Below, piece after piece: positions 13,577-26,016 of a stretch of DNA of 64,000 nucleotides. How positions within the stretch are numbered: the stretch's first letter is position 1; each line of letters opens with the position of its first letter. Location: positions 173,600,001 through 173,664,000 of the forward strand of contig OZ024740.1 in assembly GCA_964016885.1 (NCBI GenBank). Direction: 5' to 3'. This stretch comes from Eledone cirrhosa. Taxonomy: Eukaryota. The notes beneath the pieces were generated by a model. That model saw only the letters and a program-made list of their open reading frames with translations. It searched no databases and had not been told where the DNA came from. The translations under genes were made by a program, and so were the position numbers.

Positions 13577-15672
13577 TCACTTTCCACATTATATATTATA
13601 TACAATGCTTCAAGCAAACTACAACATTTTATTAAATCTTCAATTGTTACTATTAAGTGATGACTAAAATTGGAGAGATTACGAGTAAATTTGTGACAGG
13701 CATCAAGCACTACTATAAAATCTTAATGTCTCAGTCACTCTTACTCCATTGTGCCTATTTGAAGGTTAATTCCTCAATTACCTCAAATGTACCATCATAC
13801 TGACACTTATCAACCTTAGTTAAAATAAACAGACCTTCATCAGTATCTACTATGAGTGTTTGAGTTGTTCAGTCAATGGAATGGCCTACTTTTAAGTTCA
13901 TGTGTAAATAGCTGAATTTGCAGGTATCAGTGTGGCCATAACATAATTCCCAAGGAAATTCAGTATGACAGTGTGAGACAAGGTTGGCCCTTTGAATTTC
14001 AAGTACAGTCCAAGGTAACGTACTTGCCCATCATGCCATGCAATGAGCCCGAACACAGAACCTTATAAATTGTAAAACAAACATCTTAATTGTTCAGCTA
14101 TGCTGTTTCCAGAAACAGGACTTTTGATACAAAACTGGCTGAACTGTCTCTGGTTTTATGATACAAATATTTGTCTAAAAATGTTCCACCATAATTTTAA
14201 GAACTTTTATTAAGTTTTCTCAAAATATCAGCTTAATAATGAGAAAGTTATATTACTAAATCCTTCTATTATGAGGAAAAGACCTGACAACTATTATTTA
14301 GTTGTGCCAAATCAGATTAAATGTAGGTCACATATGATACTGAAAAATGTTAAAAAAGGTGCGTATCAACACTCCTATTTTATCACTATTTCTATCATAT
14401 TCAATAAGAGAGCATAAATGTATAATACGATTGGTATTTTGTCATCATTGTCACTGCCACCACCATCATCATCATACATTGACTTTCCATGCTGGCATGA
14501 GTTGAGATGACTTATGGTTTGAGCCAGTTCTTATTTGGAGTTGCTGCTCTTCAAGATGAACCAGAGAACAATCTCACTTGTATTTTCCATTTTTTGGCAT
14601 AATTTCTTTGGATGCTCTTCCTAATGCCATCTAACTTACCAAGTGTGGTGGATGCATTGTGGCATCAACACTAGAGAGGTTGCCATTTACAATCAACAAA
14701 CACTTTACATAGTGTACTGGCTATAGAATATTATTAATACTTAGAAAAAAAAAAACAATATAAGGCAGGGGATTACTGTTGTGAAAGCAAGTGTGATATT
14801 TTTTAGATAGGACTAAACTTTCTGAAAAAAAACCCAAAATCTAGAAGATATTTTCCAGTTATGTAGACAGAGACAAATATTTAAACAAGAGAGAGCATTT
14901 TAACAATATTAAACAAAATCCTGCTGTAAATTTACTCTGAAGTATTTTCAATACAATTGAAATTAGGCTGTATTTTCCATTTGAACCTTTCACCATGCAT
15001 CATATTAGATAAAAACCCAATATTATGAAAGCATATGTTAAGAAATAAACTAGAGTAAATTTATATCTCAGACACTTTTAGACCTTAAATTCCAGACATG
15101 TAACTTAAAAACCTTTTTATACCAATTCATCCTTAATTCTAATAGAAAACTGTTTATCTGTATCTAAACACTTTCCATCATAGTTTTATATAAGAATCTT
15201 TAAGTTATGCACCAAATATCAGCTTAATAATAAGAAACTTAGTTACAATACATATCTCACCCACCATTATTTTCAAAATAATTTGAAAATCATAAGTAAT
15301 GTTTTTCATTAGAAATATGGTAATGAAAGGGTTAAAAAGCATTTGTGCAACCAGAAATACTTTGTAACAGTGTGCATAAGGTTCTGCTCCAAAGCCAAAG
15401 GACAAGACATGAAAATAGTCTAAAAGGATACAATAATATAATTCCTGTTTAAGTACTCTCATACACTTGGGTATCCCAAACTATCTTCACAGAAAGATTA
15501 AATATCTTTAATATTAACAAAAAATGACATACATAGAAATGGTGAACCTATTCAAAACCAGATACACACAGGAGTAGTTGTCTAATGAATGTAAAATGAA
15601 TACACAAAAAGGTGCAATGAAATCTCTGACAGACTGACAAAGAGATTAGAACTTCAGATGAAACTTATTTAA

Positions 15673-15880
15673 CCCATTAATGTTCAAACCGGCCAGAATT
15701 CTTTACCTCTTTCTGTTGAAACTGGCTATAACCAGTCGCTCAAACTGATGTTAAGGCATTGTTCTCAAAATAAATACTTTCAAAATCTCAGATTCGATAT
15801 TATGTGAGATAATTATGCGAGATAAAGCCTTTACCATGAAAATATAATAGTATATATAGAGTAATGTAAATGCTAAAGGG
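15673..15880. mobile_element. piggyBac-type MITE (degenerate)
   Basis: ttaa-CCCATTAATG ... AATGCTAAAGGG-tta termini; same family as 23113-23321. Confidence 0.6.
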
Positions 15881-16188
15881 TTATATTTGAATATACAGAG
15901 TAGAAAGAAAAAAAAGGCATGGAAACCATATATATTATTACATATTTCTGATAACATATCAAAAGGAAATAAGGTACAATTGAAAATAGTTTCCATTTAT
16001 AGTGGAAATAAGAGTTAATTGGTCAACTATATCCTCAAGCTAAGTCCTGAACATAATTAAATCTAAACAAATGTTAAACTTCAGTCAGTGGATATCAGAA
16101 AATATATATACTTTAGAGGAGATGGATAAAACCAGAAGAAACAAAAAAAATTTTTCAATCAAAAGAATGGAAAAAAAACCCAACTCAC

Positions 16189-16279
16189 CAGTCAAAAATG
16201 GTATAAGCTCAGTCCGGGTTCTTTCCACACCAAGAGCCAATGCTATTGTAGATAACTTCTTTATGCTATTCAAACGAAG
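16189..16279 (-). CDS. PPP2R1A: PP2A-A coding exon 2 ([30 protein letters not shown])
   Basis: 91 nt, polypyrimidine tract plus TAG acceptor, G|GTGAGT donor; continues exon 1 in frame. Confidence 0.96.
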
Positions 16280-17297
16280 CTAAAAGAAAAGAAAAAGAAA
16301 AAGATATTAAAAATGAACAAACTGGTGACATGCTTGATAATATCACAATTATGATTATGTCTAATTCCATTTTGAGCAATCTGTAAGACCCAATACCCAT
16401 TCGGCTTTAATTGCTTCTTCCTAAATCTTATCTAAATGAACAGAAATCTTCCTACAACTAATTGGTCTTATCCAAAACTAATATTTGAAGTATATTGCAA
16501 AACATTTATATAAAAAAAAAATCTACATTCAATATCAAGTAATTATTTCTTCAAATTAATTGACTAAACAATTTTTAAATATTTTCTAAGTCATTACAGG
16601 ATGTCAAGAGTTAAAGTCATCTAAAAAAAAGTGAGATTTAATTCTTAACCCAAGTAGTAAATAGTACAATGAGGCTTTTTGTAACCAACCCAGAGACAGC
16701 ACATATCTGTTGGTTGCATCTATGATTGAAGAGCAAACTAATTGATATAAAACTATCTTTTCAGTAGCAACTTATTACATTTGATTAAATTGGGTTTTTT
16801 TTAATACAGTAATGGATATTATATAAAAATTACTGCAAAAAGTATTTCCAATTGTTAGTTAAAAGAATGCATGTCCGTTGTTTTCAGCTCCATTTATCTG
16901 CACAAATTTGTGAAAAACTATTTAATATTATATAAAATATAGAGAGGCATGATTGGCTAAATTGTTACAACTAACTGTATTCTGCTATAGACACTCAATT
17001 CTCAATAACCAAATCCTTTAAGGTTAATATAGAGAAGTACAATAAGTAATCTTTTGGCAAGCAGTGATAAATTGTCTTGCAAGAAATGTTACTTACAAAA
17101 GATTAATGTTTTATCAATGATGAGATTATCTGTTTAATGCCACAGCAACAGACCATCTAACTACACACCAACCCCAGACCGCCAAGAATAGTATACATGA
17201 CAAAAAATATCACTTGTAATCACAAAACAAAGGATCTAACATTTCTCTAAATGACATACAATAAGAAAATTTTTAATATTATAAAACAATATTTCTT

Positions 17298-17565
17298 CTT
17301 CGCCCACTTATTCCTGAGAGGCTCGTGGGGGCACAGTCCTCAAACACTCCTAACAGGCCCTGTCAGAAGCAACCATCTCCAACTGATCCAGCTGGATTCC
17401 CAAGCATGACTAGCAAAGCTCATGGATGTTATCAACCATCTTGCTCGGAGTCTACCCCTGAGTCTCCTGTCAGTTGGTTTTGCCCGTAAATACTATCCAA
17501 CAATTCTTTCTTGAGACATTCTAACCACATGTTCATAGTATCGGAGCTGTGATCTCTCAATTCGT
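17298..17565 (-). mobile_element. 3' fragment of a second RTE-like LINE family (other copies ~23390-23550 +, 37752-38210 -, 39770-40063 +)
   Basis: Shared 3' end ...ccccacgaccctctcaggaataagtgggcgaagaag; the 39770 copy encodes PLLRIERSQLRY...GRPRARW. Confidence 0.75.
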
Positions 17566-19111
17566 GCAAGGTAAAATTCAAATGAAATATTTTAAGAGGA
17601 AACAAAGAAAAAAATAACAACCATAATGTCCACTTGGACAAGTACCAATTTAAACTATCAAACAAAGCAGAACTTCAGTAGCTTAAATATTGGTCACTTC
17701 ACATAAGAATTTTAAATTTATCTTTTACAACCTACTTTGAAAATCTGTTATTTAGCAAATAAGACAATTTTGTATGTTTGTGTAGTACATATGTATATAC
17801 ATACATAATTTTAACAGAATGTCATTTATAAAGAACCAATATTCAACACTCATTCCAGAAATATACCTATCTGTAGAATTAATAATCTATTTTGTTAAGA
17901 AAATACTCTTGATCAAACTTATAGAACAAGTCAAAAGTTGATTAAGGATATGAAGGCAGGGAAAAGTCAGACCATCAGAAATAGTTGCAGAAATGCTGAC
18001 CATAGTCAAATCAGGTCGAATAGGGAGGTGTCATTTTAAATAACTGGTATAGCATCAACTGTTACAATGGCAAAGATAATGCGATTGAAACATGCAACTA
18101 TAAAGGTATCAAAATTGATAGACCAAGTTATGAAGATAATTAAAAAGATAATTAAATGGGAAACAGTTTCAAGTCTGTGCAAAGAAGGCCTTTGCCAGGG
18201 TTCTATATAGTCTGGTGGCTGCTATAAAGTTTAGTGTAGATAATTTTTGCAAGCCATGTACAGAGACACTCTCAGTGAGGTAAAAGTTAGCACCAAGTGC
18301 TAACCAATTTAATGTGCAGGCTGGAAAATAATGAAGCAAGCATGCTTCACTGGACTTGTAAGGTATGAACAACCCAAACCAAATGAGCTAAGAGAAAATC
18401 TCACTATAAGAGGAATGAGATGTACTGCCTATACAAATAATATGTGATAAGAATTGAGTAAAAAAATCTTTCTGCAGCACAGGAAGACTAGAAAAGACTT
18501 GGGAAGAAATGGTAAAGGTCTCTGAAATCCAAACCTCCAGAAGGACCACAAGTAGCAAGAAACTATGCCAGAGAAGATGCATGCGAGCGTGGAAAAACAG
18601 ACCTTAAATAATTCAATTATAAAAGGTAGGAGGTAAACAACTATAGATAAGATACTTGGAAACTGGCTGTAAAAAAAAGTTAAAAACAAATGAATCCAAT
18701 AAATATATAATTCAAATATATGAAGAGCTATTTCCAATTTATTGGGAGATTATGATCATTTATTATCTAATCATTCCTTGTTTATTCATTCAAGATCATT
18801 GGCCATTTAGAACAAAAGCTAGTTTAGCCTTTGTTCAAACAAATAGCAATTGCTCTCAAACTATGTTATCAGTGAAATACATTGTGTTTTGACATTTAAG
18901 TTGAGCTAAAACTTGTCTAGTAAATATGAAATAGCCAACAATATTCATTTTCTGACAACAGCTGAAATATATACAAATGACCTATTCTTATTCAAATGCA
19001 CTAAGTATATCAGAAATTATATAAAAAGTCCAGGAGATGAGACGAATATGTGCAAATGAAGTGTTTGTAATACTTTCACGTATGCCCTCACTTTAAGCCA
19101 GATTTGATGTA

Positions 19112-19790
19112 CTGTATATACTCAAATATAAACCAACCTCCTATTTTATGCCTGAGAAATGGGCAAAAATCCAAACCCCATTTATAAACCTTGGTAGCTA
19201 ATCAACACATTTAGATGGCATGGTTTTGAAATTCTCATGAGTATGCAATATATTCATGAAGTTTTAATATTTCATGTCGTTTAGAGTATAGTTTTTGTTT
19301 CACGACTTCATTACATAATGCCTTTTTATCATTTTATAGTTTCAACTAGTTTCTCGAATTTTTGTTTAATTCCGGCCACTCACATGTTGGAAGTAGTTGA
19401 AAGCAAGAGATCAAATACAAGAACTTTGTAAAGGGATTCATAGATTAAAAGAGAGAGGGATAGTGAGAAGATTTTAATCTTACATAAAATTGAAAGAAAA
19501 ATAGTTGATCATGCGTGTATGTGTAGGGGATATTTATGTATTAAAATATTCAAATTATAAAAATTTGTTAGAAATATTTTCAAGGGAATGAATGCATAAA
19601 TAACACCAATGACAATGTATTAAATGTAGAAAAACAGTGTTTCATTGTAAAATAATCACTCCAGATATTTTAACACCTTACTTATGTAGAATTTGATGTA
19701 GGTGAAAATCAGCAAAATATTGACCTCAAATATAAGCAAACACCCATTTTTTGGTCACATATTTCTTGGCTTATATACGAGTATATACAA
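19112..19790. mobile_element. Tc1/mariner-superfamily non-autonomous element (partial opposite-orientation copy at ~7243-7550)
   Basis: TIRs ctgtatatactcaaatataaacc / ggcttatatacgagtatatacaa with TA flanks; internal homology to 7340-7550. Confidence 0.7.
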
Positions 19791-19859
19791 TAACTGTTCT
19801 AAGAAAAGAAAATTCAAAAATAAAACTGAGATAGTTCTTCCCTTTTTTTAATTACAAGA

Positions 19860-20650
19860 AACAGGTTAGATAAACTGACTTAATATTTCCATAATTCTGA
19901 TGTCAACCAGATTCCAGCCTGTCACAGACAAACTTGGATATGACAAACTTGCCCATTACTGGTATTTTATTGAACAGACACACCAAAATTTGAAGTCACA
20001 GTATAACCCACACTGAAATATCTATTGATGAGGCTGACTGCCTTCAAACAGTACATTCCATTGAAGCCTAAAAAAAACGTGGGATAAAAATGGATGCAGG
20101 CTGACCCTCACAATGGTTATGTGAACAACTTCCAAGTTTATATTGGGAAAGTTTCAAATCAACCTATGTCAGTCCGAATAACTTGACAAGTGTTTGACGA
20201 AAACTAAAGTCCAGGGAATACAATGTGCCATGTCCATGAGCAGTAAATATTATACTGAGCACATGAATAGTGTGGACCCACCTATTGCATTGGAAGGAAG
20301 TCCACCAAATGGTGGAAATATCGGTTTTATTTTGTTGAAATGGCTATATATTCATTGTTTGTGCTAATGAAAGAGTCACCAAATCACAAGTTCTTGTCAA
20401 AAAAAGGCAAGAACAAAAAATATACTCAGTTGGTTTTCAGAATGAATCGGGCCCATCAACTAATTAGTGACTATTCATAAAAGAAAAAGGTGTCTGGAAG
20501 AAGTTCCCCAGGAACAGGATGTCATGCACTGACCAGTAAACTTGGGAGGCAAAAACCTGTAAAATGTTCCAAACAGAACAAAAGGGAACCAAAAACAGCT
20601 GTTTCAAGCCATATCATCTTGAACATTTCCAGCAATTGAGATAAACAAAT
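19860..20650 (+). mobile_element. Decayed piggyBac transposase remnant
   Basis: Broken frames give ISIDEA, QYIPLKPKKRGIK, ADPHNGYVNNFQVYIGK, YTEHMNSVD and GRKSTKWWKY. Confidence 0.75.
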
Positions 20651-20663
20651 CCCCAGGTATGTC

Positions 20664-20696
<33 letters not shown>

Positions 20697-21610
20697 TGAG
20701 AGTTAAAATGTTTTTTCCTGTTTTTACTCATATTTTATGAGACTAAATTGTTTATTTTATTTAATGAAATGTAAATATAATGAACTTTTTTGCAATATCC
20801 TTAAAAAAAATTTAGTTTTGAACCTTCACTGAAAATTTCATGTTTTTATTTTCATTATTTACAAACTTAGCAATTTTTGAATGGGCATGTTAAATAACTA
20901 TTGATTTTCACTATTCAGCTTAGGGAACTAGTACCAAAATATAATTTTGTTCAAAGAGGTAATCAGGGAAGAAAGAGTTTCCATTTTAGCAGGGTTTCCA
21001 TTTTATAAATTATTTAAAAAAAGTTGCATAATCAAACATAATGATAGCTTTAAAAACAACTACTGAATATACTGTCACCAGTTGGATATATAATGTTAAT
21101 ATGCATAAACAACAAAGAAAAACTGAGTATAAAAGGAATTAGATGTAGTGTGCAAGAGATAAGATTGTGTTGGTTTGGACAAGTAATGCATATGGATGAT
21201 GTGAGCTGGGTGAAATAGTGAAATGTGGCTGTTCTGAACCCCACAAAGAAAAGAGACAAGTGGAGAGATGTTTTGCTAAAGAGTGCTAATCCAATCCATC
21301 CAAGCATGGAAAAACATATAACAATGATGAACAATAAACTCAGCAACTAGTTACAGTAAGAGTTAAAAAGCTAAGTTGACATATGTTCAAACAAAACATT
21401 TTAGTTATTTGAGGAAGGATTCATTTTTGCGTTGCTTTCCAATTGTTTGGTCTATATTTAAAACCAGGTCAAATCCAAACAATTTGGGCCTTAGGAAATA
21501 AGCCAGCACACATTTGTGATGCTTACTATGTAAAATAGGAAAAAGTCAAATATTTTTGCAAGAATAAAAACTAGAAAATATAAACATGACAGATACAAAG
21601 CTACATATTT

Positions 21611-22760
21611 ACGAGGGTCAGCTGACCAAGATACTCTCAAAGAATGTGACCAAATGAGGTTTATTTTTTAACATAAGCACCCCCTTGTGGTCTACACACT
21701 TCTTCCATCCTGTGGGTCAAAAATGTCATCAACAACAGATACGAGATCATCACTGTGATACTGGTTCCCAGCCAAGTGCTTTTTCATGTTGGAGAACAGA
21801 TGCTAGCCAGATGGGACCAAATCAGGAGAATAGGTAGGGTGATTATCCAGTTCAAAGCCACAGTCACGCATATCAGTAATTGAAACCAAGGACTTGTGTA
21901 TTGGAACATTGCCCAGATGAAACAAGACTCCTTTCGTCACTTTTCCAAGGCATTTGGTCTTGATAGCCTTTTGTAACATAACTGCCTCAGCAAGTTGGCA
22001 TAGTACTCTCTATTGATGGTGTGGCCTTTGGAAGATAGTCAATAAACACAATGCCTTTTGCATCTCCAAAACCCAAGGCCACCACCTTTCCTGCAGATGA
22101 AACGACCTTGGCCTTCTTTGTATTTCCACTGCATGGATTGTCTCTTATCTCTCGCTCAAAGTGATGAACCCAAACACTCATCTTGGATTAGGAAACACTA
22201 AAAAAACACCAACTGGATCTGCCTCAAACAATGTCAAATTTTCTCATGATGTAATTGGCTTGGAGCACTTTTGATCAAATGTCAAACCCACCAAGCAGAA
22301 ACTTTTCTGCCAGGTTCATTGCACAGAATATTCTTAACTATCTCACAGGATATGCTAGTAGCATTGGCTATTAGATTTATAGTCAATCACTTATCATCTA
22401 TCACCATGTGAACACAATCAATGCTTTCCTCAGTGGTGGTAGTTGCAGGACGTCCAACCGTAGGTCATTTTCAAGACTCTCCTTTCTCCTCAATCCAGCT
22501 GCCCACTTTTGCATTGATAAAGCTGGAGCATTATCCCCTAATGTAGAAACCATGTCAGTATCAATGTCCTTGGGGGCTAAATCCTTTTTCTGCAGGTACT
22601 TGATAAAACCACATGGTCAAATTTTGTCCATTTTCAAGAGAAGTCACTAATTACTTTTGAAGTCTTTGAACAGTCAGAAAGAAACAATGTAGTTATTAAT
22701 AAGAAGGGCTCAAATTAATGCAAGATTTCACAGCTCTAGCATCACTCCTTCATAGTCATC
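21611..22760 (-). mobile_element. Decayed mariner transposon
   Basis: WVHHF...KKAKVVSSAGKVVALGFGDAKGIVFIDYL mariner transposase motifs; ta-cgaggg terminus at 21610. Confidence 0.8.
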
Positions 22761-23112
22761 TTGTTGGCATGTCAAAGTAGTTGGTCTGAAATGAAACCAA
22801 TATTCAGTTGAGGTACAAAAAGAAGAATACCTTAACAATTGCTATTAGCAATCAGCGTCCAACGTCATTTCAATATGGTGTTCACGAGAAATAAAATATA
22901 TCCAAGTATTGTAAACTAAGAACCCGTAAACCACTCAGCCCAAATTTTTGTTTTTCCTTTGCATCCTGTTACATTTTTGAATTGAATAAAAATTTTAAAC
23001 AACAATGATAAAAAAAGATACTCTTCATTCAACTTTTATTTTATGATTGTCACCAAAATTTGAGGTCCTCCATTTATTTCATGGCGATGTATCTCTGTAC
23101 AACAATATTTAA

Positions 23113-23321
23113 CCCTTTAGCATTTACCTTATTCTATATTTACTATTGAATTTTCATAGTAAAGGCTTACTCTAACATAATATCAAATTTATGAGATTTT
23201 GATACAATTTATTTTGAGAAAAATACCTTAACATCAGTATGAGTAGCTGGTTATGGTCAGTTTCAACAGAAAGAGGTAAAAAAAGATCTGGCTGGATACA
23301 GCCAGTTTAAATGCTAAAGGG
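23113..23321. mobile_element. piggyBac-type MITE
   Basis: 14-bp TIRs CCCTTTAGCATTTA / TAAATGCTAAAGGG, with TTAA on both sides. Confidence 0.8.
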
Positions 23322-23931
23322 TTAAATTAACAACCTTTGATGTACTGAACACAAAATATTTTCTGTTTGAATTACCACTAAAACGTTGCCCCGAGTAAGA
23401 TGGTTAGATAACACCCATGAGATCAGCTGGTCTTGCTTGGACACCTAGTCGGATCAATTGGAGAGGGTTGCTGCTAACAGGACTCACAAGAAGGCATGCT
23501 TAAAAATTCTGTCCCAACAACCCTCTCAGGAATAAGTGGGCAAAGAAGTTGCCTTTTAAAACTTATTAACTGAAAATTATAAATTGGGACAAAAATCAAG
23601 GTATTGTTTGTTTATATTCCACAGCTTAAAAGTTTGACGGTGAAAGTCAACAGAATAAAGTACCATACTTCAAGTAAGAGTTGGTCTCAGAATGAGCATC
23701 CGGCTATGTAATACTGCCCCCAAAAGTTGTTAAACACAAGCCGTTGCTGAAATCAGGACATAAAAGCAATGATATATATACACACACACACAGTTTTAAG
23801 GTAGCTTGGAAGCCCTTCGCCTCCTGCTGTTTGCCCATGTTAATGGGCAATGTGTTTTCTAGAATAAGTAGCCAGGTGAAGGTTTTTATGGAGGAGGTTA
23901 GGATACTATTAATGTGGTATTATATTTTAAA

Positions 23932-24121
23932 GGGTGGTGGATTGGCAGTGTCGGTAGAGGGTCAGACGCCATGCTTTGACACAGAGTTACGACCCTTACC
24001 ATTCTGAGTTCAAATCCCGCCGAGGTTAACTTTGCCTTTCATCCTTACGGGATTGATAAAATAAAGTACTAGTAATGCATTGGGTAATTGCTGGCCTTGT
24101 GCCAAAAGTAGAAACAATTAT
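23932..24121 (+). mobile_element. Same SINE family
   Basis: Closely similar to 1753-1942. Confidence 0.85.
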
Positions 24122-25204
24122 ATTTCAATAGGCAACATTGGGTAAGTACACATTTCTGGGTAAATTGATATTAAGTAATAACTCTATGCTTGTCTATTGG
24201 TTATAAGATTTGAGTAGAGCTTCTGTGGCATGTTCACTTCAATCTATTATCTTTTCAATTACAGTTTATGCTTAAAAGTTTCTTTCATTCTGTGTTAACC
24301 TATGGACGACATACTTTATTAAGTAAAGTTTTATCATTGCATTTTATTTGCTTCTATCAGTTTTACAATTTCCTTAATTCATGTGCAGTTGTTTTGCTTG
24401 TGGTTGTATTCACTCAGCTATTTATTGGCTGGGCTTATGGATTCATTTCTTTCCTTCTTAGGTTTGTTGGTTCATTAAATGCATGAAGGTTTCGAATTAA
24501 ATGATGATTGAGTCAGTTCAATTCTGGTAGTTGAGCTTAGGGTTAGAGATGATGCATGTCCTGAATTTGCAGGAGTTCCATGCAATTATGTAATTGGGTT
24601 ATAGTCACTGCAGATAATTATTACATAAAAACTACGTAATATGATGACTGCAGTCTGATGATGCATGGCATCACCATACTAGTGATTAGTTTGCAGGGAG
24701 GTAGGGACATAGAAACACGTGCGTAATTTAGCTCTTCCTTGTGCGATATGGATCTGATGTTTGTGTATGGTTTATGTTTGCTTGGATTCATGGTTGGTTT
24801 TGATTTAATCAGGATATATTTGCTCAAGTTAAAGCAACTGAGTCTTAAATACATACATATATACACAGACACACTCAAGCGTGAACCTAATACCAACACT
24901 GTTCGTAACTGCACTTATTTTTGTTTTTGTTTTTTACTTTTCCAATATATATATATATACATACATAGATACATACATACATTAGAAAGCTCTGTGACCA
25001 CCCTCTTGAACAACAAAGAGAGATATATTGTTATATTCATATGGAAGATCCTGAAAGAGCATGTTCTGAACTTTGGCATTAAAGAAAACGTTAATGCATG
25101 AACTGGTAGAGACTGCTAGCTTCCAAATATACTTTTGAAATGGTGAGCAAAAACATGTATTAATCTAGAGGTCATCAAGTTTTCAACTGTCTTACCTGAA
25201 GAAA

Positions 25205-26016
25205 TCATCATCATTGTTTTACATCCATTTTCCACACTAGCATGGGTTAGACGAGTTGTCTCGATGTGAGACAGCCAGATCGGAGGACCTTGTTTTGCGC
25301 ACACAGAACTGATTTGGGTTTGGTTTCTACAACTGGATGCTGTTAACAACAACCACATTTACAGTGTGTACTGTGTGCTTTTTGTTGTGATACCTACACA
25401 ACCACTTTACAGTATGGACTGGGCGCTTTTTATCGTGACTCCTACATGACCACTTCATAATGTGAGCTGGGCACTTTTTGCGGTGTTACCAACGCGCCCA
25501 CTTTACAGTGTGGGCTGGGTGCTTTATGGTGCGGATTGGGGACTTGGGTGGGGGGATGCATGCGGAATATGGGAGCTTCATATAGGGATGGAGTGGATGT
25601 GATTTCAACGTAGGAGGTGTTGCATATTAGATGTATGCCTCAGATCCCGCATATGGGCGTTTTCTGTGTTACTGCATAGCGCCAGAGATCAGTCCTGTGC
25701 CATCGCCTTTGAGAAGTGTAATTGTGCAAGGTCAACTTTTATCTCTTCATCTCAAGTGTTCCTAGCCTGCCCACTCCATAGCTTCCATCGACTGAGCGCT
25801 CTGCACCTTTTTATACAGCTGTCATCCTTCATACACATCACATGTCCATACCAATTCAATCTCCTCCCCTGCACACTGCATCTGATCCCTGTTATGCCTA
25901 ATTTCTCTCACAGTTTATGCTTTGTCATTCGCATAATTACTATTGCACATCCATCGAAGCATGGAGGCTTCATTGCTTTCCAATCTTCACAGGTCCTCTG
26001 CACACAGTGCCCAGGT
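25205..26016 (-). mobile_element. RTE LINE 3' fragment
   Basis: Homologous to 288-1340; (GAT)n tail. Confidence 0.8.
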
